Counted from the first letter of the stretch, positions 30,398 to 45,461 are shown. The stretch: 64,000 nucleotides of DNA from an uncultured delta proteobacterium (GCA_963803975.1 CAWDOY010000016.1:1-64000), one strand, 5' to 3'. Numbers and translations are program-made. The notes: a model not told the origin generated them from the letters alone.

Positions 30398-33300
30398 ATG
30401 GAAGGATCAGCATTTCCCGCAATGCAAGAGCGCTCGCGCCATGTGCACAGTTTTGATGCACTGAAAATATCGATCGCGTCCCCGGAAACGATCCGGGCGT
30501 GGTCAAACGGAGAAGTTAAAAAGCCGGAGACCATAAATTACCGGACCTTCAAACCGGAGCGTGACGGGCTGTTCTGTGCAAAAATTTTCGGCCCGACTAA
30601 AGACTATGAATGCAACTGCGGTAAATACAAGCGCCTTAAGCATCGCGGCATAGTGTGCGAAAAATGCGGGGTGGAAGTCATCCCGTCCTATGTCCGCAGA
30701 GAACGGCTGGGACATATTGAGCTGGCATCGCCGGTGGCCCACATCTGGTTTTTGCGGAGCCTGCCCAGCCGTATCGGGACGCTCCTTGACATGACCCTGC
30801 GGGAGCTGGAAAAGGTGCTCTACTTCGAATCCTTTGTGGTTATTGACCCGAAAAAGACCACGCTGGATGGCGGCGATCTGCTGGATGATGCGAAATACCG
30901 CAAGGCCCTCCAGGAATTTCCCGACGGCTTTGTCGCGGGTATCGGTGCCGAGGCAATCCGCGAGCTGCTGCGCCGGATTGATCTGGAAAAACTGTCCGGA
31001 CAGCTCCGGGACGAGATCAAGCTCACGTCCTCTGAAGCCAAGAAAAAGAAACTGGCTAAACGGCTGCGCATTGTTGAGGCTTTCAGGAATTCGGGGAACA
31101 AGCCGGAATGGATGATTCTTGAAGTCATACCGGTGCTGCCGCCGGATCTCAGGCCCCTGGTGCCTCTTGATGGCGGCAGGTTTGCCACCTCAGATCTTAA
31201 TGATCTGTATCGCCGGGTGATAAACCGCAACAACCGGCTGAAAAAACTCCAGGAGCTTGATGCCCCGGGCATCATTATCCGCAACGAGAAACGGATGCTG
31301 CAGGAAGCAGTGGATGTGCTCTTTGATAATGGCCGGCGGGGCAAAGTCATTACCGGCCGCAATAAACGTCCGCTCAAGTCATTGAGCGATATGCTGAAAG
31401 GCAAACAGGGACGCTTTCGCCAGAACCTGCTCGGCAAGCGCGTTGACTATTCGGGCCGCACGGTTATTGTCATCGGCCCGGAGCTGCGGCTGCACCAGTG
31501 CGGCCTGCCCAAGAAAATGGCCCTCGAGCTGTTCAAGCCGTTTGTCTATAACCTGCTCATCTCCAAAGGTCACGCCCAGACCATTAAGAGCGCTAAGAAG
31601 ATGGTAGAGCGGGAAATTTCCGACGTGTGGGACTGCCTTGATGAGGTGGTGAAGGAATTTCCGGTGCTGTTAAACCGCGCGCCGACGCTGCACCGGCTGG
31701 GCATCCAGGCCTTTGAGCCGGTGCTGATTGACGGCAAGGCCATACAGCTGCATCCGCTGGTTTGCGCCGCCTTCAATGCTGATTTTGACGGAGACCAGAT
31801 GGCGGTGCATGTGCCGGTGACCCTCGAAGCCCAGGTTGAAGCACGGGTGCTGCTCATGGCCACCAACAACATCCTCTCCCCGGCCCACGGAAAGCCCATT
31901 ATCGTTCCCACCCAGGACATGGTGCTGGGAATTTATTACATGACCAGGGAACGGGATAATATGCAAGGCGCAGGCAGGCTTTTCTCCGGTCCCGCAGAGG
32001 TCCGTATTGCCTACGATCATAATGAGGCCAGTCTCCATGCAGTCATCCGGGTGCGCATGAACGGCGAACTGATTGAGACCACCGTCGGACGAGTGCTGCT
32101 GCGGGAAATTATTCCGGAAGAGATTCCGTTCAGCGTTATTAACACGGTCATGAATAAGAAGGAGCTGGCAAACCTGATTGACTACTCCTACCGGGTGTGC
32201 GGCGACAAAAAGACCGTGATCCTTGCTGACCGCCTCAAGGACCTGGGCTATAAATATGCAACCCAGTCAGGGCTCTCAATTTCCATCAGGGATATGGTAA
32301 TCCCCACCAAAAAAGAGCGCATGATTGAAGATACCGATCGCGAGATCCGGGACATTGGCAAGCAGTATAAAGAGGGTCTGATTACTGATGGTGAACGCTA
32401 CAACAAGGTTATTGATATCTGGGCGCGGGTCACTGAAGAGGTGGCAGCGGCCATGCTCCAGGAACTGCGGGTGGAAGAGGTCAAGAACAAGGATGGCAGC
32501 AAGAAAAAGGTTGAGAGCTTTAACCCCATCTATATGATGGCCGACTCCGGCTCCCGCGGCAGTGCCCAGCAGATCCGCCAGCTGGCCGGCATGCGCGGTC
32601 TCATGGCCAAGCCGTCCGGGGAAATCATCGAAACACCGATAACGGCTAATTTTCGCGAGGGCCTCACGGTGCTGCAGTATTTTATTTCAACGCACGGCGC
32701 GCGCAAAGGCCTTGCCGATACCGCTCTCAAGACGGCCAACTCAGGCTACCTGACACGCCGCCTGGTGGACGTGGCTCAGGACTGCACCATCATGGAGTAT
32801 GACTGCAAGACCATTGACGGCATCTATATGACCTCCCTGGTGGAGGGCGGCGAAATCATCGAGCGTATCGGTGACCGCGTTTTGGGGCGGGTCAGCCTGG
32901 AAGATATTATCGATCCGCAGACCGGGGAGATTATCGTTCACCGCGACCAGGAGATAAATGAGACCGCTGTGGACAAAATTAATGATACCGGTATTGATCG
33001 GGTAAAAATCCGCTCCGTGCTTACCTGCCAGTCCCGGCGCGGCGTCTGTGTCAAGTGCTACGGCCGTGACCTGGCGCGGGGAAAGATGGTAAACATCGGC
33101 GAAGCCATCGGGGTTATTGCCGCCCAGTCCATCGGCGAGCCGGGAACACAGCTCACCATGCGTACCTTTCACATCGGCGGTACGGCCAGCGGCCGTGTGG
33201 CCCAGACCACCCTGCAGGCGCTGCATGACGGAACCGTCAGTTTTATCCAGCTCAAACATGTAAAGAACCGCGATGGCGACCTGGTGGTTATGAACCGCAA

Positions 33301-34537
33301 CGCCCAGATTGCCATTCTGGATGAGAATGGGCGGGAGCGTGAAAAATATTCCATCATTTACGGTGCTAAGCTCAAGGTAGAGGATGGACAGCGGGTTAAG
33401 TCGAGCGATCTTATTGCTGAATGGGATCCGTTTTCCACGCCGATTTTAACCGAGGCGGCCGGCAGGGTTAAATTCGGCGACCTGATTGATGGCATGACGG
33501 TGCGTGAGCAGGTTGATGAGGTGACGGGCATGTCTACCAAGGTGGTGGTGGAGACCAAGAATCCGGACAGCAGGCCGCGCATTTCCATCAAAGATGAATC
33601 AGGTAAAACTACCAAGCTGCCAGCAGAGTCAGGGCGCTATGCCCGCTATTTCATGCCGGTAGGCGCCAACATCGTGGTCAGCGAAGGCAGCATGATGTAC
33701 CCCGGAGATGCAATGGCTAAGATTCCCCGGGAGACCACCAAGACCAAAGATATTACCGGAGGACTACCCCGCGTTGCCGAACTGTTCGAAGCCCGCAAGC
33801 CCAAAGAGGTGACGGTTATCAGTGAAATCGATGGCCTCGTGGCCTTCGGCAAAGACGTCAAAGGCAAGCGCAAGGTGATTATAACCCCGGATGCAGCGGA
33901 AACGGGCAATAAAACACTGAGCCCCAAGGAGTATTTGATCCCGCGCGGCAAGCACATCAGCGTGCATGAGGGAGACCGGGTCAGGGCCGGAGAGCCGATC
34001 ATGGACGGGCTGGCAAATCCCCATGATATTTTAAGCATTCTCGGAGAAAAAGAGCTGGCCAAATTTCTGGTTGACGAGGTGCAGGAGGTATACCGGCTGC
34101 AGGGCGTAAAAATCAATGATAAGCATATAGAGGCCATAGTGCGGCAGATGCTGCAGCGCGTGCGGATCCAGGAGGTGGGCGATTCAGATTTTCTCCTCGG
34201 GGAGCAGGTGGAGAAATACAAGTTTGAGGAAGAGAATGAAAAAATCCGCCAGCGGGGCGGGCAGGTAGCGGTTGCAGAACCGCTGCTGCTGGGCATTACC
34301 AAGGCATCCCTGAGCACCGAGAGTTTTATTTCTGCGGCATCATTCCAGGAGACGACCCGCGTGCTCACGCAGGCTGCCATCGAGGGGAAAATCGACTACC
34401 TGCGCGGTCTGAAAGAGAATGCGGCCCTGGGCCGTTTGATCCCCGCCGGCACGGGATACCCGCGCTATAGACGGATCGGGATTCAGGTCGAGAGTGAAGA
34501 GGCAATCCCGGAGCCCGGCACTGCGTCTGCAGAATGA
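30398..34537 (+). CDS. rpoC: RNA polymerase beta' subunit
   Basis: [24 protein letters not shown]. Confidence 0.99.
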   Translation: MEGSAFPAMQERSRHVHSFDALKISIASPETIRAWSNGEVKKPETINYRTFKPERDGLFCAKIFGPTKDYECNCGKYKRLKHRGIVCEKCGVEVIPSYVRRERLGHIELASPVAHIWFLRSLPSRIGTLLDMTLRELEKVLYFESFVVIDPKKTTLDGGDLLDDAKYRKALQEFPDGFVAGIGAEAIRELLRRIDLEKLSGQLRDEIKLTSSEAKKKKLAKRLRIVEAFRNSGNKPEWMILEVIPVLPPDLRPLVPLDGGRFATSDLNDLYRRVINRNNRLKKLQELDAPGIIIRNEKRMLQEAVDVLFDNGRRGKVITGRNKRPLKSLSDMLKGKQGRFRQNLLGKRVDYSGRTVIVIGPELRLHQCGLPKKMALELFKPFVYNLLISKGHAQTIKSAKKMVEREISDVWDCLDEVVKEFPVLLNRAPTLHRLGIQAFEPVLIDGKAIQLHPLVCAAFNADFDGDQMAVHVPVTLEAQVEARVLLMATNNILSPAHGKPIIVPTQDMVLGIYYMTRERDNMQGAGRLFSGPAEVRIAYDHNEASLHAVIRVRMNGELIETTVGRVLLREIIPEEIPFSVINTVMNKKELANLIDYSYRVCGDKKTVILADRLKDLGYKYATQSGLSISIRDMVIPTKKERMIEDTDREIRDIGKQYKEGLITDGERYNKVIDIWARVTEEVAAAMLQELRVEEVKNKDGSKKKVESFNPIYMMADSGSRGSAQQIRQLAGMRGLMAKPSGEIIETPITANFREGLTVLQYFISTHGARKGLADTALKTANSGYLTRRLVDVAQDCTIMEYDCKTIDGIYMTSLVEGGEIIERIGDRVLGRVSLEDIIDPQTGEIIVHRDQEINETAVDKINDTGIDRVKIRSVLTCQSRRGVCVKCYGRDLARGKMVNIGEAIGVIAAQSIGEPGTQLTMRTFHIGGTASGRVAQTTLQALHDGTVSFIQLKHVKNRDGDLVVMNRNAQIAILDENGREREKYSIIYGAKLKVEDGQRVKSSDLIAEWDPFSTPILTEAAGRVKFGDLIDGMTVREQVDEVTGMSTKVVVETKNPDSRPRISIKDESGKTTKLPAESGRYARYFMPVGANIVVSEGSMMYPGDAMAKIPRETTKTKDITGGLPRVAELFEARKPKEVTVISEIDGLVAFGKDVKGKRKVIITPDAAETGNKTLSPKEYLIPRGKHISVHEGDRVRAGEPIMDGLANPHDILSILGEKELAKFLVDEVQEVYRLQGVKINDKHIEAIVRQMLQRVRIQEVGDSDFLLGEQVEKYKFEEENEKIRQRGGQVAVAEPLLLGITKASLSTESFISAASFQETTRVLTQAAIEGKIDYLRGLKENAALGRLIPAGTGYPRYRRIGIQVESEEAIPEPGTASAE

Positions 34538-34588
34538 AGCACCCGGGAAAAAATTACATAGAAATATCAAGAAAATTAAAATTATTAA

Positions 34589-34617
34589 TTGACAAATAAG
34601 CATTCATTTGTTACATA
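34589..34617 (+). promoter_or_regulatory. Putative str operon promoter
   Basis: TTGACA-N17-TACATA with an AT-rich upstream element. Confidence 0.5.
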
Positions 34618-34663
34618 ATACGTTTTTTATCTAAACGTATAATAAGCCGCTAAGGAATCGTCT

Positions 34664-35035
34664 ATGCCAACTATAAACCAACTCTGTGTACACGGCCGTC
34701 AGCAGGTCAAGAAGAAGACCAAGGCGCCGGCGCTGAAGGAGTCACCGCAGAAGCGCGGCGTCTGCGTCCGCGTCTATACGACGACCCCTAAAAAACCGAA
34801 TTCAGCATTGCGCAAAGTGGCCCGTGTGCGCCTGACCAATGGCATTGAGATCACCACCTACATACCAGGCGTGGGACATAATTTACAGGAACACTCAGTG
34901 GTGCTGGTGAGAGGAGGCCGTGTTAAAGATTTGCCCGGCGTCCGCTATCATATCATCAGAGGAGCGCTTGATTCAACCGGTGTTCAGGACCGGAAAAAAA
35001 GTCGCTCCAAATACGGTACCAAAAGGCCCAAGTAG
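34664..35035 (+). CDS. rpsL: 30S ribosomal protein S12
   Basis: [18 protein letters not shown]. Confidence 0.99.
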   Translation: MPTINQLCVHGRQQVKKKTKAPALKESPQKRGVCVRVYTTTPKKPNSALRKVARVRLTNGIEITTYIPGVGHNLQEHSVVLVRGGRVKDLPGVRYHIIRGALDSTGVQDRKKSRSKYGTKRPK

Positions 35036-35072
35036 CGGTCTTGTGGGTTGATTTTAATCTGGTGGAGAATGT

Positions 35073-35543
35073 ATGCCCAGACGAAGGGAAATTGCCAAGA
35101 GAGATACACTGCCCGATCCTAAGTTCCATGACAAGACGGTAAGCAGGTTCGTTAACAGGCTCATGGTGCAGGGCAAAAAGAGCACCGCACAGCAGATATT
35201 CTATGGCAGCATGGGGCTGATCGAGAAACGAGCTGAAAAGCCGCCGCTGGAAGTTTTTAAGCAGGCGCTGGAGAATGTAAAACCCGCGGTGGAAACAAAA
35301 TCACGGCGCGTGGGCGGCTCAAACTACCAGATCCCCATCGAGGTCCGGCCGGAACGCCGGGCCAGCCTCGCTATGAGCTGGCTGATCAGTTTTGCCCGCG
35401 AGCGGAGCGAAAAATCGATGCGGGAAAAGCTGGCTGCTGAGCTTATGGACGCAGCCAACAACCGCGGAAATGCAGTAAAGAAAAAGGAAGATACTCATCG
35501 GATGGCAGCAGCAAACAAAGCGTTTGCCCACTATAAGTGGTAG
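35073..35543 (+). CDS. rpsG: 30S ribosomal protein S7
   Basis: [22 protein letters not shown]. Confidence 0.99.
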   Translation: MPRRREIAKRDTLPDPKFHDKTVSRFVNRLMVQGKKSTAQQIFYGSMGLIEKRAEKPPLEVFKQALENVKPAVETKSRRVGGSNYQIPIEVRPERRASLAMSWLISFARERSEKSMREKLAAELMDAANNRGNAVKKKEDTHRMAAANKAFAHYKW

Positions 35544-35693
35544 CTCAAACCAGGGCTTCTTACCCCGATAGCTTCACGTTGGGAGGGTAACCTCCTTTTT
35601 CTAGTACCGCATCAACCCTTCACTATACAGTGCACAGATTACAGACAGGTTCTCTACAGCAGCAGAGATGATGGTTGAGAGCAGAGGAAGTGT

Positions 35694-37790
35694 GTGAGTC
35701 GGATAACGCCTTTAGAAAAGACCAGAAATATAGGAATCATGGCCCATATTGACGCCGGTAAAACAACCACCACCGAGCGGATACTGTACTATACCGGCGT
35801 GTCATATAAGCTGGGTGAGGTGCATGACGGCACAGCGGTCATGGACTGGATGGAGCAGGAGCAGGAGCGGGGCATTACCATAACCTCTGCGGCAACAACC
35901 TGTTTTTGGAATGATCACCGCATCAATGTTATTGATACGCCCGGCCATGTGGATTTTACCATCGAGGTAGAGCGGTCCCTGCGGGTTCTTGACGGAGCCA
36001 TAGCAGTGTTCTGCGCGGTTGCCGGGGTTGAGCCTCAATCTGAAACCGTGTGGCGTCAGGCCGACCGCTACGGCGTGCCGCGCATCGCGTTTATTAATAA
36101 AATGGACCGGACCGGGGCTGATTTTTTCAGAGTGGTGGAAATGATTGAAAACCGGCTTGCCGTCAAACCGCTGGTGCTGCAGCTCCCTCTGGGAAAAGAG
36201 GAGCAGTTCCGGGGAGTCATAGACTTGATCGAGATGGAAGCAGTGGTGTTTGACGAGGACGACTTGGGAAGTTCCTTTCACACGGAAGCGATTCCAGCGG
36301 AATTTATGGAGGCAGCACGGGAGTACCGGGATAAGATAGTGGAGTTTGCCGCTGACGTCGAGGAGCGGCTCATGGAAAAATACCTTGAGGGGGCGCCCGT
36401 CTCCAAGGACGAGCTGTATGCAGCGTTGCGAAAAGCAACGGTTACCTTTCAGGCAGTGCCGGTGTTGTGCGGTTCAGCGTTTAAAAACAAGGGGGTTCAG
36501 CCGCTGCTTGACGCGGTGATAAATTTTCTGCCGTCACCCCTTGATGTGCTGCCGGTAAAGGGCCTGCTGCCGTCAGGTGAGGAAGGCTATCGCAATGCTG
36601 ATGACCGGGAGCCGTTTTCCGCCCTGTGCTTTAAGATCATGACCGATCCCTTTGTCGGCCATCTCACCTTCTGCAGGGTCTATTCAGGATCGCTGAAAAA
36701 GGGCGGCTACGTATTTAATACAACCAAAGAGAAGCGGGAGCGGGTTTCCCATATTCTTAAAATGCATGCCAACAAGCGGGAAGAGGTTGACGAGACGCTT
36801 ACCGGCGATATCGTGGCGCTCACCATAAAGAACACCCAGACCGGGGACACGCTGTGCGATCAGGACCACCCGATAGTGCTGGAGAAAATGGAATTTCCCG
36901 CGACCGTTATATCAATTGCCGTTGAAACAAAAAGCCAGGCTGACCAGGGAAAGCTCATTGAAGCATTGCAGAAGATTGCCCTTGAAGACCCGTCATTTCG
37001 GGTGCACACGGATTCCGAAACCGGGCAGACGATCATTTCCGGCATGGGGGAGCTGCACCTGGAGATCATTGTGGACCGTATGCTGCGGGAATTTAAGGTG
37101 GCAGCACAGGTAGGGAAAACCCAGGTAGCCTATAGATCTACGGTAACCAAAGCCACCAGCGGAGAGGGCAAATTTGTCCGGCAGTCAGGGGGCCGAGGTC
37201 AATACGGCCATGTGCTGCTTGAGCTTGAGCCGCTGGGGCGGGGTGCCGGCGTGGAGTTTGTGGATAAGACCGTCGGGGGCAGCATTCCCCGGGAATATTT
37301 GTCGGCGATCGAAAAGGGAATCTATGAAGCAGCAGAAACCGGCATCTGGGGGGGCATTCCGCTCATCGACCTGCAGGTGAAGGTGGTGGACGGCTCCTAT
37401 CATGAAGTTGATTCCTCAGAGCGGGCTTTTAAAATTGCTGCTTCAATGGGCTTTAAAGATGCGGTGCAGCGAGCCAAGCCGGTGGTGCTGGAGCCGATCA
37501 TGAAAACAGAAATCGTCGTGCCCGAAGAGTACATGGGCGATGTCCTGGGCGATGTATCCTCCCGCCGCGGAAAAATTATCGGCATGGAAAACCGCAAGAG
37601 CATCGTGGCGATAGAAGCCCATGTGCCGCTGGCCGAGATGTTCGGTTATGCCACGGATATTCGCTCGATGACCCAGGGAAGGGCCACCTATACCATGCAG
37701 TTTCTGCACTATGAGCCTCTCGCTGCTGGCCTGGCTCAGGAAATAATGGCAAAAGATGCCAAATATCAGCTGCAGGGTGTTGGCGAGTAA
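35694..37790 (+). CDS. fusA: Elongation factor G
   Basis: [36 protein letters not shown]. Confidence 0.98.
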   Translation: MSRITPLEKTRNIGIMAHIDAGKTTTTERILYYTGVSYKLGEVHDGTAVMDWMEQEQERGITITSAATTCFWNDHRINVIDTPGHVDFTIEVERSLRVLDGAIAVFCAVAGVEPQSETVWRQADRYGVPRIAFINKMDRTGADFFRVVEMIENRLAVKPLVLQLPLGKEEQFRGVIDLIEMEAVVFDEDDLGSSFHTEAIPAEFMEAAREYRDKIVEFAADVEERLMEKYLEGAPVSKDELYAALRKATVTFQAVPVLCGSAFKNKGVQPLLDAVINFLPSPLDVLPVKGLLPSGEEGYRNADDREPFSALCFKIMTDPFVGHLTFCRVYSGSLKKGGYVFNTTKEKRERVSHILKMHANKREEVDETLTGDIVALTIKNTQTGDTLCDQDHPIVLEKMEFPATVISIAVETKSQADQGKLIEALQKIALEDPSFRVHTDSETGQTIISGMGELHLEIIVDRMLREFKVAAQVGKTQVAYRSTVTKATSGEGKFVRQSGGRGQYGHVLLELEPLGRGAGVEFVDKTVGGSIPREYLSAIEKGIYEAAETGIWGGIPLIDLQVKVVDGSYHEVDSSERAFKIAASMGFKDAVQRAKPVVLEPIMKTEIVVPEEYMGDVLGDVSSRRGKIIGMENRKSIVAIEAHVPLAEMFGYATDIRSMTQGRATYTMQFLHYEPLAAGLAQEIMAKDAKYQLQGVGE

Positions 37791-37823
37791 CAGTTCTGTT
37801 CCATATAATTAAAGGAGGCAGCG

Positions 37824-39023
<1,200 letters not shown>

Positions 39024-39030
39024 ATGAGGC

Positions 39031-39366
39031 ATGGTAATGAAAAAGGTTGAGGAAGTAACAGAAACACAAAAGATTCGCATTCGCCTCAAAGCCTACGACC
39101 ACCGGCTGCTGGACCAGTCAGCGGCAGAGATCGTGGATACGGCAAAGCGGACCGGAGCGAAAGTGGTTGGCCCGATCCCGCTGCCAACCAGTATCAATAA
39201 GTTCTGTGTGCTGCGCTCTCCTCATGTGGATAAAAAATCGCGCGAGCAGTTTGAAATCAGAACCCATAAGCGACTCATGGATATACTTGAGCCCACCCAG
39301 CAGACCATTGATGCCCTGATGAAACTGGATCTTTCAGCAGGTGTGGATGTGGAAATAAAGCTGTAA
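39031..39366 (+). CDS. rpsJ: 30S ribosomal protein S10
   Basis: [17 protein letters not shown]. Confidence 0.98.
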   Translation: MVMKKVEEVTETQKIRIRLKAYDHRLLDQSAAEIVDTAKRTGAKVVGPIPLPTSINKFCVLRSPHVDKKSREQFEIRTHKRLMDILEPTQQTIDALMKLDLSAGVDVEIKL

Positions 39367-39426
39367 CGCCTGCTGCTTGCAGGCATTGACGGCTCAAGCT
39401 ACTAGACCATTGATGGAGAAGGACAC

Positions 39427-40056
39427 GTGGTACTCGGATTAATAGGAAAAAAGTTAGGCATAACACAAATATTTTCCCCGGACGGGCAGATGGTTCCGAT
39501 AACGCTCATCCAGGCCGGGCCCTGCTGTGTGGTGCAGAAGAAAACCCCTGAGAAAGACGGGTACAGCGCCCTGCAGATCGGCTTTGGCGATAAAAAGCTG
39601 AAAAAAACTGCAAAGCCCATCCTGGGCCATTGCAAGGCAGCGGGCGGCAGAGCCTTTGCGGTGCTGCAGGAACTGCGCATTGATGACACCGATGCCTATC
39701 AGGTCGGCCAGGATATAACCCTGTCAATATTTAAGGTCGGGGACAAGGTGAAAGTCTCCGGCATCAGCAAGGGCAAGGGGTTTGCCGGCGTCATGAAACG
39801 GTGGAACTTTAAGGGCGGCCAGGCTACCCATGGGTCAATGTTTCACCGGGCGCCGGGCTCCATCGGAGCAAGCGCCGATCCGTCACGGGTGCTGAAAGGG
39901 ATGCGGGGGCCCGGGCACATGGGGTCACAGAAGGTCACCATGAAAAATCTTGAAATTATAGAGATACGGGAAAAGGAGAATCTGCTCCTGCTCAAAGGCT
40001 CAGTGCCAGGAGCACGCAACAGCATCGTAACGCTCTATCAGCAGAAGACAGTCTGA
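39427..40056 (+). CDS. rplC: 50S ribosomal protein L3
   Basis: [20 protein letters not shown]. Confidence 0.98.
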   Translation: MVLGLIGKKLGITQIFSPDGQMVPITLIQAGPCCVVQKKTPEKDGYSALQIGFGDKKLKKTAKPILGHCKAAGGRAFAVLQELRIDDTDAYQVGQDITLSIFKVGDKVKVSGISKGKGFAGVMKRWNFKGGQATHGSMFHRAPGSIGASADPSRVLKGMRGPGHMGSQKVTMKNLEIIEIREKENLLLLKGSVPGARNSIVTLYQQKTV

Positions 40057-40117
40057 CCGGGCGGGGCCTGGTGAGACCAGCGTCGTGCGGTCAACGATAA
40101 CGTAAAGCGGGTGAGAA

Positions 40118-40738
40118 ATGACAGCAGTAGATGTATTTGATACCAGCCGGAATAAAATATCACAGATCGATGTGAGCGATACGGTGTTTAAGGCACCGCT
40201 CAGGAAGCAGCTCTTCTACGATGTGGTGCTTTCGCAGCTGGCCAAGAGAAGAAGCGGCACGGCAGCCACCAAAAACAGAACCGCGGTGAGCGGTGGCGGT
40301 AAAAAGCCCTGGAAGCAGAAGGGGACCGGCCGCGCGCGCGCCGGCTCTTCGCGTTCACCGCTGTGGCGCGGCGGCGGCATTGTGTTTGGTCCTACGCCCC
40401 GCTCCTATGAAATCGCGGTGCCTAAAAAAGTTCGCAAGCTGGCGCTGTGCTCAGCGCTGAGCATGAAACTTAAAGAAAATAAAATGCTCATCATCGACAA
40501 GCTGGAGTTCCCGGTAATTAAAACCAAAGCAGTGGTTTCGATCCTGAAGCAGTTAGGGCTCAGCAATGTGCTCATCATTGAGCAGGAAAACCTGAACCTG
40601 GAGATGAGCGCCCGGAATGTGCCGCATGTTAAAGTGCTGCGACCGGAAGGTCTTAACGTCTATGATGTGCTGAAGTATGAACACATCGTTATTACGCAAC
40701 CCTGCGTGGAGAAACTTCAGGGGAGGCTTGCTGTATGA
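40118..40738 (+). CDS. rplD: 50S ribosomal protein L4
   Basis: [12 protein letters not shown]. Confidence 0.98.
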   Translation: MTAVDVFDTSRNKISQIDVSDTVFKAPLRKQLFYDVVLSQLAKRRSGTAATKNRTAVSGGGKKPWKQKGTGRARAGSSRSPLWRGGGIVFGPTPRSYEIAVPKKVRKLALCSALSMKLKENKMLIIDKLEFPVIKTKAVVSILKQLGLSNVLIIEQENLNLEMSARNVPHVKVLRPEGLNVYDVLKYEHIVITQPCVEKLQGRLAV

Positions 40739-41025
40739 AAGAGCTGCATCAGATTATCCGCCGCCCGCTGGTAACGGAAAAAAGCACGGTCCAGAAAGAA
40801 AGTGCTCATCAGGTAAGCTTTGAGGTTGACCGGAGGGCAAATAAAGTTGAAATTCGCACTGCCGTTGAGAAACTTTTTAAAGTAAAGGTCTTAAGCGTCA
40901 ATACCATTAACCTGGAAGGAAAGCATAAGCGCCTCGGGCGCACCATCGGCAAGAAGTCTGACTGGAAGAAAGCGATCGTTACCCTGAAGGAAGGTGAATC
41001 GATCGACTTCTTTGAGGGAGTGTAA
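40735..41025 (+). CDS. rplW: 50S ribosomal protein L23
   Basis: [15 protein letters not shown]. Confidence 0.98.
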   Translation: MKELHQIIRRPLVTEKSTVQKESAHQVSFEVDRRANKVEIRTAVEKLFKVKVLSVNTINLEGKHKRLGRTIGKKSDWKKAIVTLKEGESIDFFEGV

Positions 41026-41087
41026 CCAAAAGCAGCGCAGCCCTTGCAATCTGCCTGCTGCATATTCTGGCAAACGGAGCATAGACT

Positions 41088-41915
41088 ATGGCGGTCAAGT
41101 CTTTTAAACCAACATCACCGGGAAGGCGTTTTCAGACGGTATCCAGCTTCGAAGAGATTACCACTGATAAACCGGAAAAAAGCCTTCTGCTGCCCCTGAA
41201 AAGGTCCGGTGGGAGAAATTGTTACGGCAGAGTAACCGCCCGCTACATTGGCGGCGGCCACAAAAAGATGTACCGCATTATTGACTTGAAGCGGGATAAA
41301 CGGGATATACCGGCAACGGTTGCCACCATTGAATATGACCCGAACCGGTCGAGCCGGATAGCGCTCCTCAACTATAAAGACGGGGAAAAAAGATATATTC
41401 TGGCGCCCAAGGATCTTGCGGTGGGCGATGTGGTTATGGCCGGGGAAGAGGCCGAGTTTCGGACGGGGAACGCGCTTCCCATACGGCGGATTCCCATTGG
41501 CACGCTCATTCACAATGTGGAACTGAAGCAGGGAAAAGGCGGACAGATTGTGCGCAGCGCCGGCTCTTTTGCTCAAATCATGGCAAAAGAAGGCAGCTAT
41601 GCGCAACTCAGACTGCCGTCAGGTGAAGTACGGCTGGTGCATCAGGAGTGCTATGCAACCATCGGTCAGGTGGGAAACCTCGATCATGAAAAGATTTCCA
41701 TCGGCAAAGCAGGCCGCAACCGCTGGCTGGGCAAGAAGCCGCGGGTGCGCGGCGTTGCCATGAACCCGGTTGATCATCCCATGGGAGGCGGTGAAGGCCG
41801 CTCTTCAGGCGGACGTCATCCCTGTACGCCGTGGGGTGTTCCAACCAAAGGATATAAGACCCGCAAGAACAAACGCACTGACCAGTATGTTATAAAGAAA
41901 AGGGGCAAAAAATAA
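41088..41915 (+). CDS. rplB: 50S ribosomal protein L2
   Basis: [24 protein letters not shown]. Confidence 0.99.
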   Translation: MAVKSFKPTSPGRRFQTVSSFEEITTDKPEKSLLLPLKRSGGRNCYGRVTARYIGGGHKKMYRIIDLKRDKRDIPATVATIEYDPNRSSRIALLNYKDGEKRYILAPKDLAVGDVVMAGEEAEFRTGNALPIRRIPIGTLIHNVELKQGKGGQIVRSAGSFAQIMAKEGSYAQLRLPSGEVRLVHQECYATIGQVGNLDHEKISIGKAGRNRWLGKKPRVRGVAMNPVDHPMGGGEGRSSGGRHPCTPWGVPTKGYKTRKNKRTDQYVIKKRGKK

Positions 41916-42205
41916 TGCCACGCTCACTTAAAAAAGGGCCTTTCATCGACGAAAGTGTGTCGCGCAAGGTACAGAAGGCCATCGAGACAAACGACAAAAA
42001 GGTGATCAAGACCTGGTCGCGCCGTTCAACCATAATCCCCGATATGGTGGGAATGACCTTTGCCGTGCACAACGGGAAAAAGTTTATCCCGGTGTTTGTG
42101 ACGGAAAACATGGTCGGGCACAAGCTGGGAGAATTTTCCCCGACCAGGATCTTCCATGGCCACTCCGGAGACCGCAAGGCGCAGAAGAAGGAAAAACAGG
42201 CATAA
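41915..42205 (+). CDS. rpsS: 30S ribosomal protein S19
   Basis: [19 protein letters not shown]. Confidence 0.99.
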   Translation: MPRSLKKGPFIDESVSRKVQKAIETNDKKVIKTWSRRSTIIPDMVGMTFAVHNGKKFIPVFVTENMVGHKLGEFSPTRIFHGHSGDRKAQKKEKQA

Positions 42206-42236
42206 CAAGGGTACATACAGAGGGAAGCAGACCCAT

Positions 42237-42569
42237 ATGGAAGTGAATGCTATTGCAAAATATATCCGCGTTTCACCGCAAAAAGCGCGGCTGGTTGCCA
42301 ACCTGATAAAGGGCAAAAAGGTGAGCGACGCTTTGAGTGTGCTGGATTTTACGTCCAAGGCCTCATGCCCGTATATTTCCAAGCTCATCCATTCTGCAGT
42401 GGCCAGTGCGGAAAAGAGGGAAGGGATCGACATTGACACGCTGGTCGTGAAGAACATCTATGTGAATGCGGGGCCCATGCTCAAGCGCTTCAGACCTGCG
42501 TCCATGGGCAGAGGCGTGCGCATCCGCAGACGCAGCAGCCATATAACCGTCATTCTTGATGAAGCATAA
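42237..42569 (+). CDS. rplV: 50S ribosomal protein L22
   Basis: SPQKARLV, SHITV. Confidence 0.97.
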   Translation: MEVNAIAKYIRVSPQKARLVANLIKGKKVSDALSVLDFTSKASCPYISKLIHSAVASAEKREGIDIDTLVVKNIYVNAGPMLKRFRPASMGRGVRIRRRSSHITVILDEA

Positions 42570-42588
42570 ATAAACAGGAGGTACAGCC

Positions 42589-43242
42589 GTGGGTCAAAAA
42601 ACTCATCCCACAGGATTTCGACTGGGAATAATAAAAACCTGGAGTTCCCGGTGGTATGCAGAAAAAGATTTCAGCCGGTATCTGCATGAAGATCTGCGCA
42701 TACGAAAGTACATCAAGGCAAAACTCTATCATGCGGGTATTGCACGCATTGACATAGAACGGGCGGCTAACAAGAGCAGGATTAATATTTTCACCGCCCG
42801 GCCCGGCATCATCATCGGCAAAAAAGGCTCGGAAATAGAGAAGCTGAAGGGCGAGCTGCAGCGGATGACGGATAAGGAAGTGTATATCAATATTTCCGAA
42901 GTCCAGCGGCCCGAAACCGACTCGCAGCTGATTGCAGAAAACGTCTGCATGCAGCTGGAGCGACGCGTTGCGTTCCGGCGGGCCATGAAGAAGGCGGTTA
43001 CCTCGACACTAAAGTGCGGAGCGCTGGGGATCAAAATTACCTGTGCCGGCCGCCTGGGCGGCGCTGAGATGGCGCGGACCGAATGGTACCGCGAAGGCCG
43101 GGTGCCCCTGCATACGCTGCGGGCGGATATTGATTACGGTTTTGCCGAAGCCAAAACCACCTATGGTATTATCGGCGTCAAGGTCTGGGTTTTTCACGGA
43201 GAAACGTTAACCAGAGGAAAGGGTGCACATGTTAGCGCCTAA
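42589..43242 (+). CDS. rpsC: 30S ribosomal protein S3
   Basis: [22 protein letters not shown]. Confidence 0.98.
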   Translation: MGQKTHPTGFRLGIIKTWSSRWYAEKDFSRYLHEDLRIRKYIKAKLYHAGIARIDIERAANKSRINIFTARPGIIIGKKGSEIEKLKGELQRMTDKEVYINISEVQRPETDSQLIAENVCMQLERRVAFRRAMKKAVTSTLKCGALGIKITCAGRLGGAEMARTEWYREGRVPLHTLRADIDYGFAEAKTTYGIIGVKVWVFHGETLTRGKGAHVSA

Positions 43243-43642
43243 AAAGATCAAGTACCGGAAACGGCAGAAGGGGAGAACCAGGGGGGCGGCCTACCGCGGC
43301 AGCGACTTGAGCTTCGGTGATTATGGACTGAAAGCACTGGCCTGCGGGTGGCTGACATCGCGTCAGATAGAGGCGGGCAGAGTGGCGCTCATGCGCCATA
43401 TTAAACGCGGAGGAAAGCTGTGGATCAGGATCTTCCCGGATAAGCCGGTCACTAAAAAGCCGGCTGAAACCAGAATGGGAAAAGGTAAAGGCGCCCCGGA
43501 GGACTGGGTTGCGGTCATAAAGCCGGGCCGGATTCTGTATGAAATGGAAGGGGTCCCGGAAACGATAGCGCGCGAAGCTTTTCGCCTGGCATCACATAAG
43601 CTGCCGCTTGAAACGAAATTCATTACCCGGGAGGCGCTGTGA
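43229..43642 (+). CDS. rplP: 50S ribosomal protein L16
   Basis: [16 protein letters not shown]. Confidence 0.98.
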   Translation: MLAPKKIKYRKRQKGRTRGAAYRGSDLSFGDYGLKALACGWLTSRQIEAGRVALMRHIKRGGKLWIRIFPDKPVTKKPAETRMGKGKGAPEDWVAVIKPGRILYEMEGVPETIAREAFRLASHKLPLETKFITREAL

Positions 43643-43836
43643 AAGCAAAAGAATTGCGTGAGCTGAATGTTGATGAGCTCAGACAGAAAGAAAAAGATTT
43701 TGCCGGCGAACTGTTTAACTTGAAGTTTCAGCTGGCAACCAATCAGCTCTCCAATACCATGAAAGTAGTCCAGGTAAAACGGGACATTGCCCGCGTTAAA
43801 ACAATGATCCGTGAAAAAGAACTTCACCGTCAGTAA
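43639..43836 (+). CDS. rpmC: 50S ribosomal protein L29
   Basis: [16 protein letters not shown]. Confidence 0.97.
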   Translation: MKAKELRELNVDELRQKEKDFAGELFNLKFQLATNQLSNTMKVVQVKRDIARVKTMIREKELHRQ

Positions 43837-43857
43837 GGGGTTAAAAGGAAACGGTAT

Positions 43858-44109
43858 ATGAGAGGACTCAGTAAGACACGCACCGGAGTGATCGTGAGCA
43901 ATAAAATGGACAAAACGGTTGTGGTTGCCACTGTCCGTATCACCAAGCACTCCCTGTATAAAAAGTATATTAAAAAGCGGGTTCGCTTTAAAGCCCACGA
44001 TCAGGGCAATACCTGCCAGATCGGCGATACCGTATTAATCAAGGAATGCCGTCCGCTCAGTAAAGATAAACGGTGGAAGGTTGTCGAAATTGTCAAACGA
44101 GCAGTGTAG
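43858..44109 (+). CDS. rpsQ: 30S ribosomal protein S17
   Basis: [15 protein letters not shown]. Confidence 0.98.
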   Translation: MRGLSKTRTGVIVSNKMDKTVVVATVRITKHSLYKKYIKKRVRFKAHDQGNTCQIGDTVLIKECRPLSKDKRWKVVEIVKRAV

Positions 44110-44154
44110 GGTGTCAGCAATACCGGAGACCCGTATTCCTATGGAGATGCAGAG

Positions 44155-44523
44155 ATGATCCAGATGCAGACAACGCTGGTTGCAGCTGATAACTCTGGAG
44201 CAAAAAAGCTGCAGTGTATAAAGGTGCTGGGAGGCTCCCGGCGGCGCTATGCCACCCTGGGGGACGTGATTGTGGTGTCCATTAAAGAATCCATTCCCAA
44301 TGCGAAAGTTAAAAAGGGAGAGGTGATGAAAGCGGTTATTGTGCGTACCGCCAAGGAGGTGCGCAGGCCGGATGGCTCCTACATCAGATTTGATGATAAC
44401 TCCGCAGTACTGATTAATAACGCGAATGAGCCGATTGGCACCAGAATTTTTGGCCCGGTAGCGCGAGAGCTGCGGGCTAAAAACTTCATGAAAATAATAT
44501 CGCTGGCTCCGGAAGTGCTGTAG
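44155..44523 (+). CDS. rplN: 50S ribosomal protein L14
   Basis: [19 protein letters not shown]. Confidence 0.99.
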   Translation: MIQMQTTLVAADNSGAKKLQCIKVLGGSRRRYATLGDVIVVSIKESIPNAKVKKGEVMKAVIVRTAKEVRRPDGSYIRFDDNSAVLINNANEPIGTRIFGPVARELRAKNFMKIISLAPEVL

Positions 44524-44556
44524 GAGCCGGCACCGTCAGTGTGCAGGAGAATGAGC

Positions 44557-44886
44557 ATGGAGCGCTCCAAGTTTCATGTTAAAAAAGGTGATACGGTTAA
44601 GGTATCAGCCGGAAAAGAGAAAGGCAAGACGGGAAAAATCCTCAAGGTCAATCATAAAAAGGACACCGTCATTGTCGAAAAAATAAATTTCATCAAGCGG
44701 CATGCGCGTCCGGGAGGAAAGACCCGGCAGGGCGGCATTATCGAGCGGGAAGGCCCGCTCAATGTGACCAATGTCAATATTGTGTGCCCCCGCTGCAATG
44801 ATGCAGTGCGTATCAAGAAAATCGTTCTTGAAGACAAAAAGACCGCGCGGGCATGCACTGCCTGCGGTGAGATCTTAGATCGATAA
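44557..44886 (+). CDS. rplX: 50S ribosomal protein L24
   Basis: KKGDTV...[17 protein letters not shown]. Confidence 0.97.
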   Translation: MERSKFHVKKGDTVKVSAGKEKGKTGKILKVNHKKDTVIVEKINFIKRHARPGGKTRQGGIIEREGPLNVTNVNIVCPRCNDAVRIKKIVLEDKKTARACTACGEILDR

Positions 44887-44897
44887 GAGAGGTGTGG

Positions 44898-45437
44898 ATG
44901 GCTCGGCTTAAGACGCTCTATAAGGACAAAGTTGTTCCGGCCCTGATGAAGGAGTTCAGCTACAAGAATGTAATGCAGGTTCCCAAGCTGGACAAGATAG
45001 TTATCAACATGGGGCTGGGAGAGGCGATTCAGAATGCAAAGGTTTTAGATTCAGCGCAGGCTGAGATGACTGCCATTGCCGGGCAGAAGCCGGTTGTTAC
45101 CCGGGCAAAAAAATCGATTGCGAATTTTAAGCTCCGGGAGGGGATGCCCATCGGCTGCAAGGTAACGCTGCGCGGCGACCGGATGTATGAGTTCTTTGAC
45201 CGCCTGGTGAACATTGCGCTGGCCCGGATCAGGGATTTTCGCGGCGTATCCGGCAAATCATTTGACGGCAGAGGAACCTATGCGCTGGGTATCCGCGAGC
45301 AGATTATTTTCCCCGAGATCGACTATGACAAGATTGATAAAATCAGGGGCATGAGTATTGTGGTTTCGACAACGGCAAAAACTGATGAAGAGGGTAAAGC
45401 CCTCCTGAAGATGATGGGAATGCCATTCAGGGATTAG
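44898..45437 (+). CDS. rplE: 50S ribosomal protein L5
   Basis: [22 protein letters not shown]. Confidence 0.98.
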   Translation: MARLKTLYKDKVVPALMKEFSYKNVMQVPKLDKIVINMGLGEAIQNAKVLDSAQAEMTAIAGQKPVVTRAKKSIANFKLREGMPIGCKVTLRGDRMYEFFDRLVNIALARIRDFRGVSGKSFDGRGTYALGIREQIIFPEIDYDKIDKIRGMSIVVSTTAKTDEEGKALLKMMGMPFRD

Positions 45438-45461
45438 TCTATTTCAGCAAGGAGAAGCCTC

